Shown here in pieces: positions 27,606 to 37,324 of a DNA stretch of 40,000 bases. The first letter of the stretch is position 1. Every line of letters begins with the position of its first letter. The DNA lies in sequence record NC_055898.1. One strand, written 5' to 3'. Origin of the DNA: an uncultured phage cr115_1. A program made the position numbers and the translations under genes. The notes beneath the pieces were generated by a model, which was given only the letters and a program-made list of their open reading frames with translations, made no database searches and had not been told where the DNA came from.

Positions 27606-28988
27606 ATGGCAAAGAATAATAAGAATGCAATTAAAACTGCAAAGAAACAAACTAAGACTGTAGAGGAAAAAGTAAAGACTCAAGCAGCAGAAGCTGCAGT
27701 TGAAGCGCCAAAAGCAGAAGAAACTAAGGTTGAAGAAACCAAAGTTGAAGAACCTACTCCTGCTCCTGTAGAAGAGAAAAAGGAAGAAATTGCTAGTCCA
27801 AATGGAGAAGTAATTAATCCAGAAGTAGTCGAAGAGGCCAAGGTTGAAAAGCCTAAACCTGCTACTCAGGTAGTAAATACGTCAAAAGCAACATCTTTAG
27901 GTGCTGCACTTTCTTCAGCTGGAGGTTCTACAGACCGTATTGACAAGAATCATGCAATTGACCTTGCAAAGATGGTATATCAGGAGTATGTAAATAATCC
28001 AGATACTCCTAGTAGCATTCGACAGACTGCTAAAAAGCAGTTTGATGTAATGACTGGAGTTGCTTTGCTTCAGTATTTTACTCAGCTAGAAGAAGACTTC
28101 GAGAATCTAGGAGTGCGCATTAAACCACATATGCGTGAACAAGCAGAAAATGTTCTTACAAACTATCTTGGAGTTAAAGTAAAGACTACTGCCCAGGATG
28201 ATGGTCAGTTATTGCTTCAATTTGAAGAAATTCCAACTGAGACTCGTAAGACTGTTGCACAGGACAATAAGGCTAAAGAAAAACCTATACCAGAACCAAG
28301 TCCTGAACTTCCTGAGAAAGAGAAACTAGAAGCATTACGAACAATTTTCGCTCAAACTAATAAGGGTGGAATTGGAGGTAATCTCTTGAGTGGTATTGAA
28401 TGGGCACGTAAAGCATTCTCATTCGCTGCTGAAGAGAAGAAGTCTGTTATCTTTGCAAATATCCTTCACAAGGGTACTGAAGCTACTATGATTAACTGCT
28501 TACGTGGTATGGTTAATGGTAAGATGGGAGCTGAACATAGTATTCTTGGAGCTCATGCATTATTGAAAGCTTGGTGTCCTACATTAAGTGAACAAGAAGT
28601 TGCAGAACTAACTGCAGTACTTATGTCTGCTGCTTCTAAGAAGAAAGTTGACGATTGGAATGAGAAAGCCAGTCCATCACAAGGAAAGCCGACTTATGAC
28701 GGAGAACTTACAGTAGTAAATCGCCAGATTTTAGCAGCAAATGCAGGAAACGTAATTGATGCTATCTTAAAGGGTAACATTGAGGACGTTGCTGTAAAGG
28801 TTCCAGACAGTCAGCTTGACATGATTGTTCATCCAAATTCTATCCGTAAAACGCTTATAGCAGCATATGGAGATTCTGAAAATATCCTAAAGGATAAACT
28901 AAAAGAACTTGTTCAGTATTATGCTAAACCTATTATGCGTTTGTCTTCATATGTAGACAAGTCAGCATATGCTGAAGCTAAGAAGTAA
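27606..28988 (+). CDS. Large protein with Lys/Glu/Pro/Ala-rich N-terminus, unknown
   Basis: 460-aa ORF: low-complexity ~100 aa then a globular-looking region. Confidence 0.7.
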   Translation: MAKNNKNAIKTAKKQTKTVEEKVKTQAAEAAVEAPKAEETKVEETKVEEPTPAPVEEKKEEIASPNGEVINPEVVEEAKVEKPKPATQVVNTSKATSLGAALSSAGGSTDRIDKNHAIDLAKMVYQEYVNNPDTPSSIRQTAKKQFDVMTGVALLQYFTQLEEDFENLGVRIKPHMREQAENVLTNYLGVKVKTTAQDDGQLLLQFEEIPTETRKTVAQDNKAKEKPIPEPSPELPEKEKLEALRTIFAQTNKGGIGGNLLSGIEWARKAFSFAAEEKKSVIFANILHKGTEATMINCLRGMVNGKMGAEHSILGAHALLKAWCPTLSEQEVAELTAVLMSAASKKKVDDWNEKASPSQGKPTYDGELTVVNRQILAANAGNVIDAILKGNIEDVAVKVPDSQLDMIVHPNSIRKTLIAAYGDSENILKDKLKELVQYYAKPIMRLSSYVDKSAYAEAKK

Positions 28989-28993
28989 TCAAT

Positions 28994-29377
28994 ATGAAGC
29001 GTTTTAATATGTTAGTCACACTAGTAATGGTGTGCCTAGGAGGGTTTATAGGATTTGATCCTAATTCTCCGTCTCAAACTGCAAACGCTGAAGAAACTCG
29101 AATTCGTTGGGTAGACGTACCTAAAATGCCAGTAGACGTACTAGGCTTGAATGAAGAGAAATCTATCAACATTGACTTGCAGGAAAAGACTGTATTATTT
29201 AATGGAGACGTTGATAATACCACTGTGACAATTAAAACGGACGTTGAGACACGTCCAGAGTATATAACTAAGGTAGTAGAAAAGGTAGTATATCTGCCTG
29301 AAGATATTGCCTATAGAAGTAAATTTTTTAACCGTTTAAAACCGATTAATAAAGAACTACCAGTGAAGAATTGGTAA
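28994..29377 (+). CDS. Exported or lipoprotein-like small protein
   Basis: Signal-peptide-like MKRFNMLVTLVMVCLGGFIG then charged region. Confidence 0.55.
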   Translation: MKRFNMLVTLVMVCLGGFIGFDPNSPSQTANAEETRIRWVDVPKMPVDVLGLNEEKSINIDLQEKTVLFNGDVDNTTVTIKTDVETRPEYITKVVEKVVYLPEDIAYRSKFFNRLKPINKELPVKNW

Positions 29378-29399
29378 CTGCCGAAGAGAAACGCAGACC

Positions 29400-31345
29400 G
29401 CTACTAGAACTATACAAGCGGTATATAAGAGCTATAAGTATAAATATTCATTATTTGAGCCTAACTAAGCCGTGTAATGTGAGTAATACAGGATACTGAA
29501 ATGTATTAAATAAAAGCTAACACTTTTATTTATACTATAGTATGATAACTTGTTGTGTTATAAAATTACTCTATAACTGAAGAAGCAACAGGAAAATGGG
29601 AGAGCGTGCATAACCCATAAGCGAGAACCGTACTGGTGGCTAAAAGACGCAGGTGTGGAAGGAGCAGCTATCGCATCTAAACAAAGCAAGGGGTATCGTT
29701 TACCTCTATACACATTCGTTGACCAATATCACTGGTGAAATCACGAAGGAATGTGAACACGTGCTGTTTATACGTTGTCATCTTAACTGAGAATCGACTA
29801 GCATTCTAGGGTGTCTCCAAAACCCCCTTGGCCCACTACTTAAGTGTGTACGAGCCTAAAGAATATTGCCTTAGTGTTCTATATTATATCTAAAGATCTT
29901 CTGTTGTATAGAAGTGTAAAATTCAATTGGGAATCGGGAAAATCGATGGCAAGATTAGTACTTGGATATGGTATATATGAAGGAGGAGGATAATATAATA
30001 ATGAGCAGAAATTAATTAAGACATGGCTGAGTGGCTATGATCCGTATAATATCTTTTTGTATGAGAGTTATATGACAGATTAACCAGATTGGGTGCAAAA
30101 CCCTTACGCAATACAGTGAACGTTAGAGTTAGCTGTTTGGGAGAAATCCCTATGGAAAGTAAATTGCGTGTCTTACAGCTTAAGAGATTTCATAATATAG
30201 TTGCAATTACTATAGTGTTTAGAAATAAGCATAATGAGGTTTAGGTTATTATATTATAAAGTGACTTGTTAGTAATGTCACTATAAAGCTTAGTGTGCTT
30301 TGCACCGAGTAATAAACTAACTAGCGCTTGAAGTCCGCGAAAAGACTATTAGTGGTTGAATATATGATCAATATAAGTATATTCATGGGAAACAAAGGAA
30401 GGTGGAACTGAGCCCACCCATAAAACTCAGACAAAGTAAGTGAGGTATCTTTAACCAAGATTCGCTAGAAATAATTAGGTAAGAGCTATGCACTCCAGCA
30501 TAGAGCAGGATCTTACAATGCGTCTTAAGAGGCCGACACGAAGTAGAATGGAAGTAATCTACGTATTGCCTTGGTTAGTTAATGTTATATAAGATGTTAT
30601 GTACTTTAGTAAGTCTAATCAATGAGTGCCTACGCTGAAACGAACAGCTAAAACAAATAAGGAGAGTGTAAACATGTTTAATTTTTAAAACAATAGGGAA
30701 GTTCAATGGTAGTACCTTGACAAAGTATGAGCCACCCCGCTATTGAAGTAACTTGCTACATGAAATTCTGTAAACTAATGTGCGCAACACATTAGCTAAG
30801 GAGATCGCTGAGACGGCTGGTACGCTTCTCATTAGAGTGTACTAAAACGTTTGTTGAATGGTTGGAAATACCATGAGTAGAAAATAGTAACCTGAGATTT
30901 ATCGCAATGTCAGAAGTGAAATGTCCAAAAGTGGGTGCTGCGAAACATCAGCAGCTTTTGTATTAGTAGTTTTAGTAACGTTTCTCAACAGAAACGACCC
31001 TCATTCGCCAAGTCTATTTTTAAGATAAGAATGTTGTAATAGCTTATATGCCCGTAGATAGTATCGTACTATTGATGATGGAGCTCTCTACATCTTTGCA
31101 TCAAATCGCGTTGTAGAGTACGGCAAACAAAGGGAAACGGTAGGTGTTACGAGTCCCCTTTAAGTATAATCTCGAAACCCAAAATTGCCAATATTAACAG
31201 ATATTAGCAGAAAATATTATATTTTAGAGGAGTAGGAATAAATAAGTGAAGAACGGCTGACTTATCTGTCTAATAAGTAAAGTCCTACGGGGAATGCCGA
31301 GTAGTGAAATATCACTACGTTCTAGTAATGAGTTTTATTATACTT
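29400..31345 (+). ncRNA. Large structured non-coding region, one or more ncRNAs
   Basis: No ORF in the standard or TAG-recoded code. Many perfect hairpins (CTAATGTG/CACATTAG 30775-30795; CGTTTCT-CAAC-AGAAACG 30979-30996; CTATGC/GCATAG 30486-30503; GGGA-GAAA-TCCC near 30140; GTAGTGA-AATA-TCACTAC 31301-31318) and long-range helices (TAACCAAG 30452-30459 with CTTGGTTA 30570-30577; TAAGACA 30017-30023 with TGTCTTA 30169-30175). Confidence 0.55.
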
Positions 31346-31573
31346 TGACTTATTTTACAGTATTAACAAATTTTATCAGAATTTTAACTAACGTTGTATT
31401 ACCATATGCATCATTGAGATTGATTAACCTCATTCAAAGCTTTTTAAAGCGTATCCTTTAGGTACAGGATAAGGTTAGAATAAAAGGTAATACATTAATT
31501 TTTAATTTTATTTATTAACTGATTAATTTCTCGTTAAAGAAATCAATCTTAAAATCAAAAAGGAGAAATAAAT

Positions 31574-32140
31574 ATGAACGAAATGAATGCAGTGATCAAT
31601 CCTGAATTGATCGGTAAAAACAGAGCTATTCTTGAATCTTGGAACTTAATTGGTAAAAAGATTTTCGTTGTTCGGCGGGAGCCAGCAGATCTTATGTTCA
31701 ATGACCGTAAACGGGACGGCGATCCAACTTTGACAATGAAACCAATCATGAAGTACATTATTGAAGGTACTAATATCTTCGGTGTGCGGTTAGTTCCACT
31801 TCCTGATAAGACTACTCTTGTAGTGGAGTTAAACAACAATCCAACTCTGCAGTTTAAGATTGGACCTGCTAAATTCCGTGAAGTTACTATGGAAACTATC
31901 ACAGAAGCAGTAGAAAACAATGAGAAGAATTCTTCTCTTGGACGGGAACCGATTTTGTTTGATGATTTGATCTCTCTTACTGAGCAGGTTAACAAGTTGA
32001 ATGCTCTGGAGAAAGCAAAAGCTGAGGCTATTGCAGAAGATATGCTTAACCAGGCTAAGTTGTTAAGCGACCTTAATGACATTCATTTGACGGAGTGTGA
32101 TAAGTATTATACTGAACTTGGCACTCCTATTACGAAATAA
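31574..32140 (+). CDS. Hypothetical phage protein
   Basis: 188-aa ORF with AAGGAG upstream. Confidence 0.65.
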   Translation: MNEMNAVINPELIGKNRAILESWNLIGKKIFVVRREPADLMFNDRKRDGDPTLTMKPIMKYIIEGTNIFGVRLVPLPDKTTLVVELNNNPTLQFKIGPAKFREVTMETITEAVENNEKNSSLGREPILFDDLISLTEQVNKLNALEKAKAEAIAEDMLNQAKLLSDLNDIHLTECDKYYTELGTPITK

Positions 32141-32148
32141 TTTGAGCT

Positions 32149-32682
32149 ATGTCAAAAGTAAGACTAATCTCCAAATCTCGAGAAGACTTACTAAAGCTTT
32201 TATTAAAAGATAATCGTATTAGTAGCATTGTTCTTTTGAATAATGAGATTCCAGAATCAATTGTTATCAATGACGATGGGTCGGTAACATTTGGTAGAAC
32301 ACCAAAACATTGGTGGAATAAAATTTTTCGAGATTACACAACCCTGTCCTTTACAGATTTGTGTTTTAAAATGCTTAATGCATTTTCACGGTATTTACCA
32401 AAAGATAGTAATTTACCACGAATTCTGACAGAAGAAATCATTACTAATGCTATTAATAAGCAACAGTATGATTTTGTTATTGATCGATTTGTTATGTATG
32501 CTTTTCTAGGTGTAACAGAAGGTGACTACAAATTGAGTATCCTACAGCTGATAGATGAGAACCCGCAGCAACAGCAAAAAAATGATTGTGGTCGAAAAAA
32601 ACGTTTCCGGGGTGAAGGTATTGCATATCTTGATCTTGGAGGAGGACAAATTCCAATTGGAGTACGTCTAGAAGAAGATTAA
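32149..32682 (+). CDS. Hypothetical phage protein
   Basis: 177-aa ORF. Confidence 0.6.
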   Translation: MSKVRLISKSREDLLKLLLKDNRISSIVLLNNEIPESIVINDDGSVTFGRTPKHWWNKIFRDYTTLSFTDLCFKMLNAFSRYLPKDSNLPRILTEEIITNAINKQQYDFVIDRFVMYAFLGVTEGDYKLSILQLIDENPQQQQKNDCGRKKRFRGEGIAYLDLGGGQIPIGVRLEED

Positions 32683-32889
32683 TTATTCATGAATAAGTAT
32701 TAGCAGATGGACGCTTATTCATACTTTGGATTGAATAGATTTGTTTAATAAAGTAGTACAAAGTATAACTGAGTTAGTAGATTAGATGTAAATATCTACT
32801 TACTATAGTTATATAGAGAATGAAAACGTTAAACATTTATATATAAAACCGTAGAGCCCAAGACGATGGGTCGGGTATCTTGGTTTTAT

Positions 32890-32975
32890 GGCCTTGTGGC
32901 GAAATTGGTAAACGCGTCGGACTTAAAATCCGATGATCAGAAATGGTCTTGAGGGTTCGATTCCCTCCTTGGCTA
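32890..32975 (+). tRNA. tRNA-Leu (anticodon UAA), second copy with imperfect acceptor stem
   Basis: GGCCTTG TGGCGAAATTGGTAAACGC, anticodon arm TCGGA-CTTAAAA-TCCGA, long variable arm, GAGGG-TTCGATT-CCCTC, CTTGGCT A; positions 5-68 and 6-67 are U.U. Confidence 0.85.
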
Positions 32976-33042
32976 CACAGGTAAGCGATTTCTAATATAC
33001 GATATTTAAATCAAGTATTAACTAAAATAATATCAACTATAT

Positions 33043-33564
33043 ATGAAATCAATTACAAAAACTATTAAGCCGAACATGTTAATCGATAAGCGTGATAAAT
33101 TAACTAATGAAATTTCTCGTTATTGGAAAATTATAGCAACAGAAAATGTACTTAAAAAAGGTTTAACACGCAATTATGACCTAAAATCTCTATTAATTCA
33201 TATTAGAGCAACATATGATGAATTAGTAATTGTTAAATTACGTATTCAGTGTGCAAATATGGGTATTAAGTTAAAGGATTTATCTAGTGATGCAAACATT
33301 ATTAATATCTATAAACTATCTGCTTTAAATGAGTATATGGTTAAGTTAGATGAAATGATGAAACATCATACAATTAATCCTGTACTTAAGGCTAAACGAG
33401 GGAAAAAAGGTTTAGCAGTAAATGAGGAACTTACGTATAACTATTTACGTGCTAAGAAGAATGAATGTTCGTTACCATTAAATGAATTACGAAAGAAAAT
33501 TGCAGAATTTAATGACAATACTGATTTGAATGAGGAAGAAACTCCTTTATTCTTAGCAGCATAA
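33043..33564 (+). CDS. Hypothetical phage protein
   Basis: 173-aa ORF. Confidence 0.6.
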   Translation: MKSITKTIKPNMLIDKRDKLTNEISRYWKIIATENVLKKGLTRNYDLKSLLIHIRATYDELVIVKLRIQCANMGIKLKDLSSDANIINIYKLSALNEYMVKLDEMMKHHTINPVLKAKRGKKGLAVNEELTYNYLRAKKNECSLPLNELRKKIAEFNDNTDLNEEETPLFLAA

Positions 33565-33659
33565 AAAATCATATTTTTTAAAATTTAAAAAAAAAATAAT
33601 AAAGTAATCTTAAAGGGATAGATAAGTAACAATCGACGGTAATACGCCGAATGTGAGGT

Positions 33660-34385
33660 GTGTCGGAGGCATCTATTCCTTATTTTTTAATCTTTAAAAA
33701 CAATAACATTATGAATAAGACTGATCAACAGAAAAATAATAAGTATATCAATTACTGGACAGAAAATGGTAAATCTTCTAAAGAAATTAATAGAGCGATG
33801 AAGATTGCAATTACAACTACTTATAAGGATAGTAAAGGAAATTTACGTACTTGTACAACATACCGTCATCCTAAATTAAGTGATTTAACGTTTGAATCTT
33901 TACCAGCAAAAAGTTTTGCTCTTACAAAGGAGCAAAAAGAGGAAAGATTCAATAATGCTAAATATAGTGATAAACATGATAAGTTAGTATCTAACCTATA
34001 TGGAAAGATAAATAATATCTTTAAGAAGCAAGCAGAAAAAGCAGCACATGAGGATAAAATTAACAATATTATGTTTAACAAAAAAGTACGTACTTTAGTA
34101 AGTAAGCAGAGAATTAAAGGTGAATATCCTAATTTGCTTATTATACAGAGAAAGAACAGTAAAGGTTTACCATATGATTTTAGTATAAATCCATCTCGTA
34201 AAACATTAGAAGAACTCCGTAAAGACGGAGAAGAGCTAAATGATACATTTAGTAAAACTATGCGAGATTATTGTGGTATCGAAATTTGGGAAAAGTCTCG
34301 ATATGAACTAAAAGGAACCGATGTTCCAACGAATTATCGTTATTGTATCTTTAAAAATAAAGAAACTATTAAAAGTGCAGCATAA
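33660..34385 (+). CDS. Hypothetical phage protein
   Basis: 241-aa track ORF; the ATG at 33711 (MNKTDQQKNNKYINYW) is a plausible alternative start. Confidence 0.6.
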   Translation: MSEASIPYFLIFKNNNIMNKTDQQKNNKYINYWTENGKSSKEINRAMKIAITTTYKDSKGNLRTCTTYRHPKLSDLTFESLPAKSFALTKEQKEERFNNAKYSDKHDKLVSNLYGKINNIFKKQAEKAAHEDKINNIMFNKKVRTLVSKQRIKGEYPNLLIIQRKNSKGLPYDFSINPSRKTLEELRKDGEELNDTFSKTMRDYCGIEIWEKSRYELKGTDVPTNYRYCIFKNKETIKSAA

Positions 34386-34609
34386 TGAGAAAAATTGATA
34401 AATTAGATGTTATACATATCAAAAAGAAAGCTGATACGTATATTAAAAAGAACACTGAAATTAGAGAAGGACAAGCTCTGTTTTGCGCTTCTTATGATTT
34501 GTTCCCTAAATCAACAGATAAATTATCTGGAACACCATGTGATTGTTTTTATGAAGATAGCAGAATACCTATCTTTTTAGAAGAATTACAAAAATTAGAC
34601 GCTGAATAG
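34385..34609 (+). CDS. Hypothetical phage protein
   Basis: 74-aa ORF overlapping the upstream stop. Confidence 0.5.
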   Translation: MRKIDKLDVIHIKKKADTYIKKNTEIREGQALFCASYDLFPKSTDKLSGTPCDCFYEDSRIPIFLEELQKLDAE

Positions 34610-34616
34610 CGTCTTC

Positions 34617-34690
34617 GGTCCTATAGCTCAATTGGATAGAGCAACAGACTTCTAATCTGTAGGTTTTGCGTTCGAGTCGCAATAGGATCA
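34617..34690 (+). tRNA. tRNA-Arg (anticodon UCU)
   Basis: Acceptor GGTCCTA/TAGGATC, D-arm GCTCAATTGGATAGAGC, anticodon arm ACAGA-CTTCTAA-TCTGT, T-arm TTGCG-TTCGAGT-CGCAA. Confidence 0.93.
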
Positions 34691-34709
34691 CTAACTAAAC
34701 TTTAATGAT

Positions 34710-36707
34710 ATGCAAATACGTGGAAAAGCGGTATTTGTATTCGATATCGAAGTATTTCAAAACATCTTTCATTGTTCTGTAAAAGACACAGAAACAAATA
34801 CTATTTATAAATTTGAAATATCAGAAAGAAAAAATCAACTAAGAGAATTAGTTAAATTCTTTAAACAGGTAAATAAGTATATTACTTGGGGAGAATATTA
34901 TACTACAACTAGACAAATAGAATCTAATATTATATTCTGTGGTTATAATAATCTGCATTATGATAATCCAATAATCAATTATATAATTGAATATGAGGAT
35001 ACTTTAATGAATCACAATGTATTTACTATTTGTAGTTCTATATTCAACTTAAGTAAGACTATTACTACTTCTAAGGAAGATAATATAGATGCATGGAAGC
35101 ATTGGAAATATCAAATATGGTTTGATACTTTTGATATTCTTACTATGTTATATTCTAATAAACTTAGAGTAGGTTTAAAGGAAATCCAAGTAACAATGCA
35201 ATATCCTAATGTACAGGAATTTGTATGTGATTGGACTAAACCACTTCCTTTAGAAGATTTTGACTCTATGATAGATTATAATATCAATGATATTGAATCT
35301 ACTTCAGAATTATTAAATAGATGTAAGAAAGATGTTGATTTACGTATAGCTATTGAAGATGAATACGGAGTAAGAGTACTTAGTAAAGATGGTGTAAATA
35401 TTGGAATGAAGATTTTAACTCAGAAATATCTTGAAAAAACAGGTTTAACCTGGTGGGATATAGAAGGTTTAAGATCTCCAATGGATTATATTCCTTTAAA
35501 GGATGTGATATTGCCATTTATTAAATATGATAGCCCTATTCTAAATAGAGTACTAGAAGACATGAAAGATCAGATAGTATCTCCAGGTAGAAAAGGATAT
35601 GAAAATAACTTTGTATTTGCAGGCTTACGTTATACTATAGGAGTAGGAGGAATTCATTCTAAAAATGATCCTGAGATAATTATTCCTAAAGAAGATGAAA
35701 TGCTTATAGACATCGATGTCGCATCTCTATACCCAAGTATGTTAATTGAATATGGGTTCTATCCTAAACATTTAGGACCTGAATTTCTAGAAGTATATTC
35801 TCAAATTAAAAATGAGAGAATAGAAGCAAAACATAATGGAGATAAGGTAAAGAATGAGACATTAAAGTTAGCTCTAAATGGTTTATCAGGAAATCTACAA
35901 AATGAACATAACTTTTGTTATAGTCCTGAAGCTGTAATGAAAATCAGAATTAATGGACAGTTATTATTACTTATGTTAGCTGAAAAGCTAACGCAAGTAG
36001 GATGCCGAATCATCCAAGCTAATACAGATGGTTTATTTGTATTACTTAAGAAAGATAACTATCAACAGGTTAACACTATTTGTAGAAATTGGGAACAACT
36101 TACTAAACTTACTCTTGAAGAAGAGCGTTTTGAAGCTATGTATCAATATGCTATTAATGATTATATAGCAGTTAAAGAAGGATACCAAAAAACTAAAAAT
36201 CCTGATTTAATTAAAACAAAAGGAATGTTTATTACTAAAGTATTATTAGGTAAAGGACTATCTGCAAAGATAATTCCTGAAGCTATAATAAAATACTTTG
36301 TAGATGGTATACCAGTTGAACAAACTATTAAGGAATGTAAAGATATTAAAAAGTTTTTAATGTCTGAAAAAACTGGTAAACAATGGCATGTTGAATATAT
36401 GAATGAGGAACAACAGAGAACTAATCGTTTCTATGCATCTACCAATGGTGGATACTTATGGAAATGGAAAGATACTGGTCACAAAGAAGGTGAAATTATA
36501 ACATACACTGAGCCATATGTAGGAGAACATAAATATAAGGCTTCTGCAAGACAGTATCAGAATATGCTAACAGCATCTGGCGTTACTCTTTTAAATAAAT
36601 TTGATGATAAACCAATAGAAGAGCGTAAAATTAATTATAGATATTATCTTAGAGAAGCTCTTAAGATAATTGAAGAATTACAACCAAGACAATTAGAACT
36701 GTTTTAA
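34710..36707 (+). CDS. Family B DNA polymerase, crAss-like
   Basis: Exonuclease-like start VFVFDIEVFQNIFHC; motif A LIDIDVASLYPSMLIEYGF; motif B KLALNGLSGNLQNE; motif C QANTDGLFV. Confidence 0.9.
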   Translation: MQIRGKAVFVFDIEVFQNIFHCSVKDTETNTIYKFEISERKNQLRELVKFFKQVNKYITWGEYYTTTRQIESNIIFCGYNNLHYDNPIINYIIEYEDTLMNHNVFTICSSIFNLSKTITTSKEDNIDAWKHWKYQIWFDTFDILTMLYSNKLRVGLKEIQVTMQYPNVQEFVCDWTKPLPLEDFDSMIDYNINDIESTSELLNRCKKDVDLRIAIEDEYGVRVLSKDGVNIGMKILTQKYLEKTGLTWWDIEGLRSPMDYIPLKDVILPFIKYDSPILNRVLEDMKDQIVSPGRKGYENNFVFAGLRYTIGVGGIHSKNDPEIIIPKEDEMLIDIDVASLYPSMLIEYGFYPKHLGPEFLEVYSQIKNERIEAKHNGDKVKNETLKLALNGLSGNLQNEHNFCYSPEAVMKIRINGQLLLLMLAEKLTQVGCRIIQANTDGLFVLLKKDNYQQVNTICRNWEQLTKLTLEEERFEAMYQYAINDYIAVKEGYQKTKNPDLIKTKGMFITKVLLGKGLSAKIIPEAIIKYFVDGIPVEQTIKECKDIKKFLMSEKTGKQWHVEYMNEEQQRTNRFYASTNGGYLWKWKDTGHKEGEIITYTEPYVGEHKYKASARQYQNMLTASGVTLLNKFDDKPIEERKINYRYYLREALKIIEELQPRQLELF

Positions 36708-36757
36708 CAGAATCTAACATATCGTATCAAATTCTTATAAAATTGTCATAAACTTTA

Positions 36758-37324
36758 ATGCTTATGATACTAGAATTAGATACATCTCTATTAAACAAAT
36801 TTAGTATATCAATTAATCAATTAGTATTTATTAGCCTTGTATTGAATGATAATCAAATAAATAATCAAGACATTCATGAACTTCTCAGCCGAGTTAATGA
36901 AGAAGAAATACAAGACTTAATTCAACGTAACATTATCGTAGTTACTATTTCTGACGATAATAAAATTTATAGTCCTTCAAAAGAACTACTTGATTTCATT
37001 AAAAAGAATGAACAGAGTATGTTTGACGAGTTCTATGAAGTATTTCCTATTTATGTAACAAGACCAGATGGAACTAGAGGTTTTCTTAGGTCTAACGTAA
37101 ATAAATGTAGAAAAGAATATAACCGTATTATCGGTAAGTCTAAAGCTATGCATGAGCATATTCTATCCTGTTTAAAATATGAGATAGATGATAAGTTGCA
37201 GACAGGTAAAATAGGTTATATGAAAACTATGTGGAAATGGCTTACTCAACATGAGTGGGAATGTTACGAAGAGCAAATAAATGAACAACAAAATGCAGAA
37301 TTATATGGAGCAACAGTTATTTAA
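36758..37324 (+). CDS. Hypothetical protein between polymerase and helicase
   Basis: 188-aa ORF; some helical, wHTH-like content. Confidence 0.6.
   Translation: MLMILELDTSLLNKFSISINQLVFISLVLNDNQINNQDIHELLSRVNEEEIQDLIQRNIIVVTISDDNKIYSPSKELLDFIKKNEQSMFDEFYEVFPIYVTRPDGTRGFLRSNVNKCRKEYNRIIGKSKAMHEHILSCLKYEIDDKLQTGKIGYMKTMWKWLTQHEWECYEEQINEQQNAELYGATVI

Noticed and set aside
30017-30175. tRNA-Ser at TAAGACATGGCTGAGTGGCT...TGTCTTA
   Set aside because: The D-arm-like start and closing helix exist, but there is no anticodon arm or TTCRA T-loop and the span (159 nt) is too long.
34641-34660. Reading tRNA-Arg anticodon loop CTTCTAA as a CUA suppressor
   Set aside because: The 5-bp stem ACAGA/TCTGT fixes the 7-nt loop as CTTCTAA, so positions 34-36 are UCU (Arg), not CUA.
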